Below, piece after piece: positions 49,731-62,462 of a stretch of DNA of 64,000 nt; positions within the stretch are counted from its first letter, which is position 1; each line of letters starts with the position of its first letter. The position numbers were made by a program, and so were the translations under genes. Location: assembly GCA_013265495.1 (NCBI GenBank), contig MU058065.1, forward strand, positions 496,001-560,000, in the 5' to 3' direction. This DNA is from Vicugna vicugna (taxonomy: Eukaryota). The notes below the pieces were generated by a model. The model worked only from the letters and a program-made list of their open reading frames with translations, ran no database searches and was not told where the DNA came from.

Positions 49731-50942
49731 CCATTGTGATGGTATTTTTCAAATATAAATCAGGTTCATAAGTTCCACCTTAAATTAAAACAAAAGTTGA
49801 TCTAAGAGAGATTAGGGAGGCCTCTAGAATCCTCATAAACATCAATAATGTAGAACTATTGTCTATGAAGGACCCTGTCATTTCCTGCCTACTGTTTGTA
49901 CGCACTGCGTTCTCTCTTCCAGCTGTTTCCAGAACTTAGCTGATCTCGGCTTGTTTCACTCTGCCTTTCAGGAACAGAGAGGCCAGGCTATGTGTTAAAT
50001 TCACACAAATTGGGTATTCAGACTAGATTTTGGGAACTCCTATATAGTGAGTTTATTTCTTTAAAAAATAACTTTCTTCTTCTCAAAATAATAATACTTT
50101 ACATATTTTTATGGCTTTATAATATAAACCCAATTTCACATGTACTCTCATTTAAGCAATAGAGCACTCTTGGGAACTTAAGTTCTTAACTGCATTTCAT
50201 AAGGTTATTATTTTTTTGTTTTTATTTTGTATATTTTCCGTGAATCACCTCAAAACCTTGAAGGGATGAAAAGGAAATAAAATAAATAAATATATATTGC
50301 TTAGGTAGTGATACTAAAATAAACAAGATTAGAACTTGGATTCTTCGGTGCTTAATTCTGCTGTTCCTTTCTGTTCGAAAGGTAACAAGACTCAGTCTCT
50401 GTCAGCAGTTTTCATCTGATGACTTGTTAAGTCCCACAATAATTGTCAGAATAAATATATACGTTGCTTTCAGAATTCAGTATTTCAATGACTGTTGGGA
50501 ACGTAAGGGTGGGGAAGCTGACTGGCTCACTTCTTGGATACAGAAGGAGAACGGGCAGCTTTTCAAGGTACGTGCATTTCCTCAGTCATGGATTCCTGCA
50601 CTAATTCAAGAATTAAATGTGACCTGTTTTCAAGAGAATGCTATTTGTTCTTAGCTCCCAGAAGTATCAAATACATTGTTTCTACTCTTTATTGACTAAT
50701 GATAGTAATATTAATTATAATAAACTGTAATATTCCTATGGGCTAGGTAGTACCCAGATGGTAATTAAAGCTTTGTGGTGGATAAAGTCATTTAGATAAA
50801 ACATGTAAATGAGAAGGGCTGAAAGTCAAACTCTGGTGAATAACAACACTTAAGTACTAAATAGAAGAACAGGAACAAAATCTTAAAAAAGTAGAAAATA
50901 CCAGAAAATAATATAATAGTGTCATGAATATTAAAGTAGATG

Positions 50943-51411
50943 AGTGGATTCGGTTCTTAGGACTGCCATGACAAAGTACCACAAACTGGGTGGCTTAAAA
51001 CTAAGAAAAATTTATTCTCTCACAGTTTGGAGGATAGAAGTGCAAAACTCAAGGTGTCAGAAGAGCCATGCTCTCTTTGAAACCTGTAGAGGAGAATCCT
51101 TCCTTAGCTCTTCCAGCTCCTAGGAGCTCCAGGAAGTCCTTGGCTGTGACTGCATAACTCCCGTCCTTGCTTCCATCTGCATATGACCATCTGCCCTCTG
51201 TGTCCGTAGGCATTCTTCTCTCCCTGTGTCTGCGTCCAAATTACTCTCTTATAAGGATACCAGTCATATTGGGTTAGAACCCACCCTAATGACTTCATCT
51301 TAATTGGATTACACCTACAAAGACCCTTTTCCAAATAAGGTCATATGCACAGGTACTGGAGAATAGGACACCATTCTGTCTTTTGAGGGGGACACAATTC
51401 AACCCATAATA
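50943..51411 (-). mobile_element. MaLR LTR (MLT1C/D-like)
   Basis: cttaggactgccatgacaaagtaccacaaactgggtggcttaaa...tcttataaggataccagtcatattggg...cacaattcaacccataa. Confidence 0.93.
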
Positions 51412-51414
51412 GGT

Positions 51415-51800
51415 AATGTTTCAGGAGGAAAGGAGAGTAGAACATAGGAAGCAAAGAAGAGAATGAGTAAGGTCAGGACTAAATGTGTCGCTGGATTGGA
51501 AGTTGCTGAATAACCTTATTTCCATTAGACTCATTAGCATAATGGGAATAAGGGCAGATGACACAAGGCTGAGAATTGAGTGATGTAAGAAGACTCTGTG
51601 AAGAGGAAGAAAAGAGCACAATGGCCAGAATGAAATCTAGAGACGAGAGTTTGTGTGTGGGAGTGAGGGTGTGGGGTAATCTCACACACACACAAGCACT
51701 TGTATGTATATGTGCATTAGGACAGATTCTCCTGCTTTCTTCAGTTTCCTTATTCTTCCCCATCAGTCTTCATTCCAAAGAATTAACGAATCCTTTGACA
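51415..51800 (-). mobile_element. L2 body fragment
   Basis: gagtaaggtcaggactaaatgtgtcgctggattgg...gggaataagggcagatg...gagaattgagtg. Confidence 0.6.
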
Positions 51801-51974
51801 TAATGACACCTAAATTATCCCCTGAGAGGTCAGTATTTGTGAGAGAAAAGTCTGTAGATACTGTAAGAATACACCAAAATGAAGACAAGACCATTCTTTC
51901 AGAATGACTCGATACAGAAGATGAGAAAAGCAATGCCTTACTTGCTTTTGTGGGTTGTGGTGAATTGTAGCTGA

Positions 51975-52160
51975 GGAGGATGGCCAGAATAAACACAGGA
52001 TGTCTAGTTCAATTTGAATTTGAAATTAAAAACAAATAATTTTTTGTATAAATATATCATGTAAGACTTGGGATATACTTACATCCAATTTTTCTCATTG
52101 CTTATCTGAAATTTTATGGAGGATCTTTTATTTTCACTTGCTAAATTTGGCCACCCAACA
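51975..52160. mobile_element. MER53 (palindromic non-autonomous DNA transposon)
   Basis: tggccaga...aaacacaggatgtctagttcaatttgaattt...ttgggatatacttac...ttgcttatctgaaatt...ttgctaaatttggccaccc. Confidence 0.85.
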
Positions 52161-52182
52161 GCTGAGGCATTAACAGAGGAAG

Positions 52183-52185
<3 letters not shown>

Positions 52186-52215
<30 letters not shown>
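52186..52215. repeat. (GA)n microsatellite
   Basis: Directly visible. Confidence 0.95.
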
Positions 52216-52218
<3 letters not shown>

Positions 52219-52789
52219 AGATTGAGAAGGAAAGAGAGGCAGAGACAGGGAGACAGAGAGTATATGAATATAAAATGAGTTCTAGAAATAATGGGAAAGG
52301 GTAAAACCTAGAGCTTGTGTAGGAGAATTAACTGAAGCAGGACGAAAAGAGATGGGTTAATATAAATATATTCAACGTGGGAACAGGAATTTGTCATAAT
52401 TCCTCTTCATCTCTATTTTTATCTGAATTAGGAGGGATTGGAGAGGTAGGTGTGAAATTAGAGAGGAGGATCTTGGAGAGAGTTGTGAACATTTTTAATA
52501 GCCAAAGGGGAGACAGCATCACTGGAGAGTGGACGGCATGAGACACTGATTTTGCATTCCTATTCTGCAATACGAGCAGCAAGAAGAGAAACCCTACTTC
52601 TCACGAGGGCTGTGGAGGAAATGCTTTAAGTTGTAGGGTAAATAGAATTGTCAAGCCATCAGATCTCCAAGTCTGGAAAAGGGATTGGTGAGACCTGACA
52701 GTGGGGAGAAGATTGGAAAAGGGTAATCTCCCTCTCTCTGTCTCTCGTTTTCTCTCTCCCTCTCTATCATTTTTCCTGCGCTAGTGTTA

Positions 52790-53060
52790 GTTAGTTAGTT
52801 TCTTGTGTTAGTGGTAAACGCGTTGGTTTATTTGCTAGGCAGGTACTTATGTCACTGTAGCAATGAGCCAGCAGGAGATTCAGGCTTAGCTCAGCGCCCC
52901 AGCAGAACGAGAATGTCTTACTCCTATTCGCCATAGCGGAAGTCTTGGGACTGATGCTCCCTGGTTCTAATTGGCTCTGGTTGGCTTTGGTTGATCAGGC
53001 ACGTAGATTAAGTTGATAGAAACCTTTGACTGGCTGACCCTGGTACTGAACTACACGGAC
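52790..53060. mobile_element. Old MaLR LTR fragment (MLT1K/L-like)
   Basis: ttctaattggctctggttgg...caggcacgt...tttgactggctgaccctgg. Confidence 0.45.
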
Positions 53061-53234
53061 TGAGATGGGGGATCAGGGACAAGACAAACTGGAATGCCAT
53101 ACAGTTTCATTGATAGATAAAATCCTTTACATATATGTTCAGAGTTTGGGGAGGACTAGGAAGGCAGAATGTGACATTGGAGGGGTAGAAAAGAGCCAAA
53201 TATAAATTTCATACTTTGGCCTAAGGTGTATTAT

Positions 53235-53258
53235 ACACACACACACACACACACACAT
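53235..53258. repeat. (CA)n microsatellite
   Basis: Directly visible. Confidence 0.95.
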
Positions 53259-53721
53259 AATTTTCTATGTCCACTTTGTATGCAGCCCAATCATTTATGG
53301 ACATGAGTAACACCTTTCTATTTACAGGTGAAACTGAACTTAAACATTTTAGGTTGATAGATGCCTATCTCATTCTTCTAGATACAGAATTGCATAGAGG
53401 TTAGCAATTATCTTAAAAGAAATGGAAAAATATGTGTTCTTCTGAGTAATGATGGCATGATCTAACTCAGTTCAATAGTTCAATTTAACAAGCATGCACT
53501 GTTGCATGGCTACAATGCAAAAGTCACTGTCTGAGAAACTAGGGAATATGATGTGCTCTCCAAAAGTGTTCTTTAATGAATCTGTTGTTATATATGATGG
53601 ACAGAATTAAAAAGTTATATGGAATTGTTGTGGGAAAAGTTCAATAATAGTAAGGATTTATATACATGTTATTCGGTGAGTATTTATCATGAAGATTTAA
53701 TTTTGGAATCTCTTCTTGCAT

Positions 53722-54085
53722 CATCAGGATAGTCTAGGTTATACTGCAGGAAGGAAAATAAAATCTTCAAGAAGGACGGAAAATGACACACACTGTGTTT
53801 CGTTCATGTTACAAGTCCATCTTCCATGGGCAAGGTGCTCTGATCCATGTGGTCCTTGCTGAGGGCTTCAGGTTGATGTGGGCTGTGATTATGCAGAATA
53901 CCAGTCAAAGATTAGAAGATAGAGAGGATAAAGAACCATGCAGTGGCTCTTATGTGCTTCCACCTAGGAATGACATATATCACTTCTGCTCTTATGTCAG
54001 AGCAAGTCCCATGGCCACGCCCAACATCAAGGGGCAGGGAAAGACCATTTCCCTGTGCTGAGAGGTAGAGGGAAGTGAGATGGTT
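53722..54085 (-). mobile_element. MaLR LTR (MLT1J-like)
   Basis: tcaggatagtctaggttatactgc...tcacttctgctc...agcaagtcccatggccacgcccaacatcaaggggcaggga. Confidence 0.85.
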
Positions 54086-54169
54086 GTTAATTGCTGTCTG
54101 CCTCAATTTCACAAAGATGGATTAAAATATTGAGTCACTAGCCTGCTGTCATGATGAGGATATAAGAGA

Positions 54170-54360
54170 TTTTAATAATAAAAATCACTATTTATGAGCA
54201 TCCATTAAATTCTAGGCATTATTCTTGCAACACTGGAAGATTAATATGGATTTCCCTTTTTATAAATGAGGAGAGTGAGTTGCAGAAGTTATATAGATTG
54301 TCCAATGTCACAAGAGCTAAGGCATGGCTATATAAATGATTTATGTCCAAATCTAAGAGG
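54170..54360 (-). mobile_element. MIR SINE
   Basis: tatttatgagca...ttttataaatgaggagagtgag...ttgtccaatgtcacaagagctaa. Confidence 0.7.
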
Positions 54361-54409
54361 GTTCACAAATACCTCAGTTCCCATGCCTACTAAATGTACT
54401 TTGATTAAC

Positions 54410-54612
54410 TTTTTTGATTGAAGTATAGTTAGTTTACAATATTGCATTAATTTCTGGTGTACAGTATAATGTTTCACTCATACACACACACATATATATT
54501 GATTTTCATATTCTTTTTCATTATAGGTTACTATAGGATATTGAATATAGTTCCCTGTGCTCTATAGAAGGAACTTGTTGTTTATCTATTTTATATATAG
54601 TAGTTATTATGC
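54410..54612 (-). mobile_element. Artiodactyl/camelid-type L1 3' end, 5'-truncated, possible 8-bp target-site duplication
   Basis: ttttgattgaagtatagttagtttacaatattg...atattgaatatagttccctgtgc; tgattaac at 54402-54409 and 54613-54620. Confidence 0.85.
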
Positions 54613-56099
54613 TGATTAACATTAATTGATTAATTGGTGAGTGCCAGCCATTGAGCTAAACGCTTCCTATGCATTTTCCCATTTAAGGAATAAACATCTG
54701 CTCTAATTGCCCCAGCTCTATAGTTCGCATGTTCTTTGATGGATATGTAATAAATTATTTTGTTGCTGTAATCTAATATTTAGAATTAGCCAAGCAGGTC
54801 AAAAGGGACACTCAAGGTAGATAATATTACGTGGAAAGAGCATTTGACGTTGACATGGACACTGCCCTCTCTACTTCATCTCCATCTCCCACTCTCTGAA
54901 CAAATCCCTCAGCCTTCTTTGACCGTGGTTTCTTTTTCTTTAAAGTGAGTGGATTAGCTCAGTGACCTCGATACACCCTACTGCTACTCTCAGTGGTGGT
55001 TTTTCCTTTAATCACTCTATATCCATTCGGATGAATACAACAAGGCAGAATTTGAAGTCTCCATCCACTTTGTGAGAGGGATTTCTAGAGCAAGAAGAAA
55101 GAGGGACTAAGATGATGGTAAGAGTGAGAGGAGGGTACGTTCCGTCCTCGGCAGAAGTAACAGCTGTAGCGGGGCACTCTGTGTCAGGATTTGAGATACT
55201 AACTTGCAGAGGAATTATCATGACTAATTAAAGCAAATGACACTGAATTTTTCCCTGGGCTTTTAGAGAGCAGTTGTATAGTTTTATCTGCTTCTCAGCT
55301 TGTTGCAGCTTCTCCTGCAGCTCATTTTACTCAACTTTGGAATTAATACTGTGCAATGAATCTAAATCAAGTGAGGAAGGAAGCAGGAAGGACTTCAAAT
55401 AGAAGGCAAAAAAATCCAGCCGCCCCCTCCCACCTCAATGCCAGCTCTTTTGTTCCTTAAAGACTTCTTAGATGTCCTTTGAGCTCATGATTCTTAAGCA
55501 GTGACTGAAATTGTCTCCTTTTCATGCTCCTACGATATTAAAATACTTCATTTCTAAAACGAAGTGCTATACCAATGGCATGAAAACCAAGCTATTCTAT
55601 AAAGTCAAATAACAATGTTGTCTCCAGACAATAAGCTTACCACACCGATTCTTCTCAAGTGACAATAAACATACCAAAGAATGACTTCCTTCTCAAAGTT
55701 TGAAAGTTAAGTGCATTTGCCGAAAGAACAGGTTATACGATATGAAAAATGCATACTGCATATCAAGTAAAGTTGTAATTATTTTAGTTCATCATAACAT
55801 TATGTAGAAAAGATAAATGTTATTATGTAATTCAGCCGCAATGGCCAGCTAAAGCCCCAAACCTAGAGACCCAAGAAAGTCAAGACGACTTGGGGACGTA
55901 AGTAAATTCCTCTGGGTGTCCAGCCAATTAGTGCCACAGACCGTATCCAAGAAATACATATGTATTAACATAATTTCTAGGCTCCAATCTGCTACTTATC
56001 ACTTCAGATTAAGCAGCTAGATTTTTCTTGTTAAACAGAAATAACCAATATTTCTATAAAATTTTTCCTATGTATGCATTTTTCACATAACTTATTTCA

Positions 56100-56250
56100 T
56101 AGGAAACGAAGGCATTATGTTAAATCTCATTTTACAGGAGAGGAAGCCGAAATTCAGTGTTCAAAGCCCAGGTTGCAGAAGTGTTATGAAACTAAATCTT
56201 TAGCCTCCAAAATCCAGGCTATATCTCACTGTCACACATGGGCCCTAAAT
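56100..56250 (-). mobile_element. MIR SINE
   Basis: ctcattttacaggagaggaagccgaaattcag...gcccaggttgcaga...gcctccaaaatcc. Confidence 0.65.
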
Positions 56251-56354
56251 TCGCCTCTGCAGCAGCTGTGGCCCTCAGAAAGACAGAGGCATCCAAAGTA
56301 GGATGCTTCTGCTATGACCCAGGTATAAGGGACGAGACAAATAATGAACTCCGC

Positions 56355-56690
56355 TAATTGGCATTTACTGAGTGCCTACTACGTGCCAGGTTCACAGACA
56401 TAGCAATAGACAAGACAGACGAAAATGTCCATCTCATGGATTTTAATGGAAACAGCAGAGTAGGGAGAGAAAAGCAACAGGTAAGTGCGATAAGTATATG
56501 ACATGATGTGCTCAGTGACGATCAGTGCGAGAGGAAAACAAGCCGAGCGGAGAGTAGGAAGCTGAGCAGTGGTGAATGCTGACGTTTTAAATGTCGGGGA
56601 AGAGCTTCCGGAGAATGTGGCATTTTAACAATAATCTGGCGCACGGGAAGGAGATGAACATGAAGGTAAACTGTAATTTAAAGGATTATC
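56355..56690 (-). mobile_element. L2 3' end (unusually CpG-rich)
   Basis: catttactgagtgcctactacgtgccagg...gacatagcaatagacaagacagacgaaaatgtccatctcatgga. Confidence 0.8.
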
Positions 56691-58799
56691 AGGAATTAAA
56701 CTGAGAATGCGATTCCACTGCAGCTTCCCAAAGCTCCAAAGTCATCCACACTAAACGTGGGGAACGAGCCACGCTGTGAACATCCCGGTGGTTTCGCAGG
56801 TTCTGGGGAGGAAGCAGGCTTTGAGCTGACTCTGGATGGTGCCAGTGGCGAGTGAAGTGCTGGAGTGAAATCCAGGGAGAATCATGCTGGCAAAGCGCCC
56901 TGTTGCCTTGAAGGAAAAGATGCTCCTCCAATTTTCCGGGTTGTGAGAGAGCTCTGGGACAAGGCTCCAACTTCATCTCTCCTTTCTCTTTCTTAACATA
57001 CCTTATCCTCTTCACTGCTTTTGTCCATAGCATCTTTCCCTTCTAATTTGCATATCATTGGAAAAGGGAAAGGATTTGAGAAATGGTAACTGATCGGAAA
57101 GGGCAGTCAAATCAGAGCTGGAAGTTAAAATCAGTTCCTCCTTTTCTCCTTTCCCACCTCCTACTCCTAATAATTTTACCTACTGTTCATCTTAAAAGTT
57201 GTGTCTTTCTTGACTATATCTAATCAGTGTTGCCTATCCTTTTTCCTCGTATAAATTCAATTCTCGTTGAGAATTTAAAAAATAAAAACCATGTTTGTAT
57301 GCATAAACAATTGATGCTGCCGAGTCATTGATGAGTTTAGTCCTTGAATGATTAAACCAAACCCTTCTAAACCTTTGTTTGCTTTTATTTAGTGAATCAT
57401 ATCGTTTGACTGAATCATAGTAGCTACAATGATCAGTTCAGATAGGCCCACTGTGGACACTCTCTACGAAGAGAAATGTAATGGAACCAAACCATACAGC
57501 TTTCCTCAATTGGGACTATATAGAAAGAAGTTGCCAAATATTTTTACTATAATATTTCTGGATAATATCAGAAGATAATTTTTTTTTCTAATTACTCCCT
57601 CCCCTTCTACCTCCACCAGGTGTATTCAATATTAGACCAGATTGCCTTCAGGATGCTGTCCCAATGAATTATCCATCTGGGTCACCTTTATATTTTTTAA
57701 ATTGAAATGATGAATACCTGATTTAAAAAGTTTTACAGATGGTGTCTTCTCTTGTTTGGCTTTGTTTTAAAAGAAAATTTATGTTTTATGAGGGGAGAAA
57801 AAAAGCTCTTCATCTCACAGATTTCCCAAACCTTTCCAACATTTCAAATACTTGCTGCTGTAGAAATAAATGGAATGCTCTAGCCTGATTCATAAATGTC
57901 AAAAGGGTTTAATTCTGGACTTAAATTATATATAGAATTGGCAATGACATTTTGAATAAGTTTCAAAATGCACAGACTTAGAGAAATTCTAATTGGAAAG
58001 GTTATTATTACCTTACTCTTACTTGATACACAATTCCGCTATATAATAGCCCAATAGATGGTTGTCCAGTTTATGCTTGGACACTAATAGCATGTCTTTC
58101 AAAATATACGTGAGATTCAAGCTGTGTTTGGTAGAAAAAATGGTGGGGGGAGAAGAATTAATTAGAAATATGATACCCTCTGCTGTCTCAGTAGAGGTGA
58201 ATACCTTTGTTCTTACACTATCCAATCTTCACTACAAAAGTAGATATTGTCATGTGTTCTCAGAATTTTTAAACAACCTTACCTTGGGTTTTTCATTCAA
58301 CAATTACCGTATTTTCAAACAATAATGGCCTATAAATCTGACTTGTGCAAATGCATAGTATGGTCTATTTTTTTGAATGCAATTATTTCTCTGAAAATGA
58401 TGCTAAGGTTGGCATCCGCTTTGAACATTTTCCCGTAATTATAATGAGGCCATGAAATGTGTTTTTAATGAAATTATATTGATGAAACTGTTAAGACCAA
58501 TATATAAATTATTTAATCCCCTTTGTCTCTGTTTTAAGCACATAGAATTCTTCATATGCACTTTATTTATTGCTTTCCAAACGTATTGGTCACATTCATT
58601 TAAAAATGGTTTTCTGAGTATCAGAACCTGTCTTCAATGTCTACCTCCGTCTTACTCCACATGCGGTATCTCTGTACCTTAACTCATGCACAGTTTGACA
58701 TGAGAGTAATTAGGTCAGGGGAAATAGTATTCTTTGTATTCTTAGGTTTATAATTGATGTTTTCTCCAGTTTTTAAATGAACCCAAGGGTTTAGTGTGT

Positions 58800-58985
58800 A
58801 TTAGTGCTGTGGTTAAGAACCCATAAGCCCGGGAGTCAGACATCCTGTGTTTGAATGTTGGCCTTTCTACTTGCTCACTATGTGACCTTGGACGAATTAC
58901 TGAATCTCATCCTTAAGATCTCCTCATGATAATACCTCTATTATAAGTTAGATTTAACAGTGATATTCCATGTGCAAGTGTTAAT
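58800..58985 (+). mobile_element. MIR SINE
   Basis: gtggttaagaacccataagcccgggagtcagacatcctgtgtttgaat...tatgtgaccttggacgaattactgaatctc. Confidence 0.88.
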
Positions 58986-59149
58986 TTCTCTGTCTTTCAC
59001 AAAGTAAACTCACAATAAACTTTATTATTATCACGTAATTTTCTTCTAAGCACAAATTTGAATTGACTGTGCCAACAGAGGCTAGTTGTCTACACCATGC
59101 TGCCCTGGTTAAGAGTGAACACAGACATTTGCCTATCTGAATGACGAAT

Positions 59150-59252
59150 TCTTCTCTGTTTTCCAAGGGCTTGCTGAGTTTTAGCGCTGGAAACCCTGCA
59201 TCCTGGGAACCCTTCTTATGGCTGGGCAAACCAGGGTGCTTGGTAAACATAT
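59150..59252. mobile_element. MER81 (hAT-Blackjack MITE)
   Basis: gttttagcgctggaaaccctgcatcctgggaaccc...ctgggcaaaccagggtgcttggt. Confidence 0.7.
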
Positions 59253-59544
59253 CTAGAATCTACATCTCCAGCCTAGATTCGTGATTCTCTAATTTTATTT
59301 CCATCTCCACAATTGTTTCCAATGAAGTAACTGCTAATTATAATTATGAATTTAAAATATAAAAATTTTCAATACCTATCATTCAAAATGTAAAAGTTTA
59401 CTCTAATTATTGAGTTCTAGATTAGCAGAGACATGCTACCTTGTAAGGATAGGTATTATTAAAATGTGTAAGGGGGATTATTTTTCTTCCCCACACCCCT
59501 TTTGAAAAATTTAATTCTGAGTGGTTCTCAAAGTTGGGATCTAG

Positions 59545-60430
59545 AATGCCTACATTTTCATTCAACTCACTGGTCACTCCTTGCTCGTCTCCCTGGCGGT
59601 TGCCTCCTCTCTCACTGAATCTTCAAAGGTTGACATTCCATCCTAAGCTTGGATGCTCTCAGTGCTCGTTTTCTTGTAAGTGTCTCTTCCTTCCATCTCT
59701 CAAAATCAACTTCTGACTTGGTCCATGTGTAAAATCTTTCAAACTCAACTTTTTAAAATCACCACAAACATGCTCTTTCCCCAGGATTCTCCATCTCAAT
59801 ACATGACACCATCAACCAGTGTTCTGCTCAATGTGGAATCCTGGCTATGGCGTCATCCTTGATGTCTCTTCCTATCTCCAGCCGTACTCAGTTAATCACC
59901 ATTCTCTCAGTTTTGCTTCCATCTCTCCAAATGTAACATTCTATCCTAAATCAATAATGCCTTTTTTTTGGTCTCCTCTTATCCACTGTTGCTGACTCAA
60001 CATCTTGCTTCTTTTTTCTTTCTTCTCTAAGCAACCAGAATTGTCTTTATAGACAGATTTTATCATGTGCCCCTCTCCTAATATCTATCATTGGCTTGTC
60101 ATTGCTCCTAGAATAGCCTCTGAAATCTTTAACATGGACTACAAGGTCTAGAGATGATATCCTTCGTACTGAAATCTTAGCCTCATATCTTACCATTTCC
60201 CAACATACTCTCTGTGGTACATTCATCTTGGACTCCTTTCAGTGTTTCAATTACCCCGTGCTCCTTCACATCACAGAGCTTTAGCACACATCTAGGCAGC
60301 TTTTGCCTGCTCTTGCACCTACCTAACACATCCTTCAGTTCTCAGCTTATGAGTCATTACCTTCAACCCAGGACCAAAGAGCCCACACTCAGACCCACGC
60401 TAAGTACATGCACCAGCCTCTCTTGCTCCA
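59545..60430 (+). mobile_element. L2 body fragment
   Basis: ggttgacattccatcctaagcttggatgctctcagtgctc...ggcgtcatccttgatgtctc...tctttaacatggactacaaggtc. Confidence 0.75.
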
Positions 60431-61216
60431 ACTCTGATCCCCTCTAGGGCAAGGGTGCTGGTGCTGTGAGGGGGAGAGCATACACTTAAAGGGACCAGAA
60501 CCAGCTTGGACCTTATTGATGCCTGGACTGGTCTAACCAAACATGAAACCAGAGGACATAGGTGAGAGCAAGGCAGGGAAGAGTAGAAAATCCTCTGCTG
60601 GATAGAGTCTAGGTAGGGGAGATAGCTTCACAGAATACCCAGCACACATCTTTCCTTTCATAATATTGTGCACAGCTGGTTCCTAACTTATAACTCCTCT
60701 GTTTTCAATGACTGTATCTTTGTCTGTTTTAGATAGCAACAGTAAGAATTTAGTTCTCTCATTCCAAGTATGACCTTTAATGATTTTTTTTTCCTTAGAT
60801 GTAGGTAAGATGACTAAATAAGGACAATGCATAAAATGTCAATTTTTCGTATGGAAACTTTTCTCACAACACCATTTAAATAAGACATAGAAAGAAGTTT
60901 TTATAAAGATGTGATCAATATGGAATTGGTGTCATCTTAGCTAAAGGAAAATTATGGTTGTGTGCATATAATGTTTTAATCCAGAGTGAACTTCATTTGG
61001 ATAATGCAATTAAATAACAGACAAGAAACCAACAGAGGTGGATAAAGCCAAAATAAAATTTTGTAACCAGAGTGTAAGATTTAATTTTACCTTGGAACAC
61101 CTTTAAATATTGTAGGTCCAGCCTCCTATTATTTTGCAGTTTTGAGCTTGCCCTGTGTTACCTATGTTACTTGGACAAATAATCAAGAATGCTGTTATCT
61201 GATAACAGACATTCTG

Positions 61217-61270
61217 TTAGGTTCAACCATATGAATTGCTGATAATTGCCCATTTTGACCTCTGAAAACA
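61217..61270. mobile_element. MADE2-like mariner MITE, partial
   Basis: ttaggttcaaccatatgaattgctgata...ccattttgacct matches the MADE2 terminal inverted repeat as recalled. Confidence 0.65.
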
Positions 61271-62314
61271 GTTAACAGTGGCACCACTTAATATATAATG
61301 CATGCTAACTCTTGAGTTTTAAAATAAATAACTAGATAAGTGTACGCATTCTTGCTTTCTGATGCTTACTGGTTTCCTCAAAGTACTTGGCCTTTTTAAA
61401 GTGGCATTCATTTATTTGGTAGAACAATAGCAATTTTGATGGAAATATACAATGATGTATTATAGTCAGTGCCAACTTGTGCATCTGTGTCAGAATTAAC
61501 CTCTTTGACACTGCGCTGTCTGAAAGTAATTTGTTTATCTCCTCCACAGTGCATGCTTGTACAAAATTATTTTGTTAAAATAACACATAGACTCTTTTTT
61601 ATTAGGCACTTTGAATGCAGTCAGCTGGTGTGATGATTACCTAACCCCTCTAATATATTTTAAAAAATCAAAACTAGCATAAAGCTATTATTTCTTCTTT
61701 GGCATGTTTATTTTTTATGACAATGCTCCATGGATATGTTCTCGTATTCAATTTTCACATTTTAACTCCTATAAAATTTGGCAGGAGCTTGAGAGTATTA
61801 ATGAGAACATCCTTTGACGGTATTTTTCAAACGTCTAATTCTGAAGACCTCTATCCACTTATTTGTTATTGGAAACAAACAATAATTTTGATGTGTTAAA
61901 GGCTTAATAAGAAACATGTACAACACCTATTTTTAATATAAACTTTCTCCCATTGGTATTATATACTACATTTTTGTCCAAGGGAGATAAATAGATGCTA
62001 TCTAGAGAGATGTTTATTTTCAGATTTGTGATAATTTCTAAGGTAAATAATTTGCTTTTAAACTGATGTTTTAATTTCTCTGACAAAATGCACTAAAATA
62101 ATTCCCAATATAAGCCTTTTTTTTTTCCTTCTATGATAAAGAGTAGTGGGATTTCACACGTTTCTGGGTCTTAAATAAACAGAGAATTGACAGTAAATAT
62201 AATATCCTTAATTTTATAAACTTAATTAGCACATCTCTAGATCCTATTTACTACAAGTAAATTTCATTGTAAGAAAGGAGTAAAGGATAAAGAAAATAAA
62301 TAAAGGAAAAGAAA

Positions 62315-62462
62315 NNNNNNNNNNNNNNNNNNNNNNNNNNNNNNNNNNNNNNNNNNNNNNNNNNNNNNNNNNNNNNNNNNNNNNNNNNNNNNNNNNNNNN
62401 NNNNNNNNNNNNNNNNNNNNNNNNNNNNNNNNNNNNNNNNNNNNNNNNNNNNNNNNNNNNNN
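62315..62462. other. Assembly gap (148 N)
   Basis: N run. Confidence 1.

Noticed and set aside
55012-55221. 69-aa minus-strand ORF with a hydrophobic patch
   Set aside because: Non-ATG start, hydrophobic stretch too short for a transmembrane helix, and no homology recognised.
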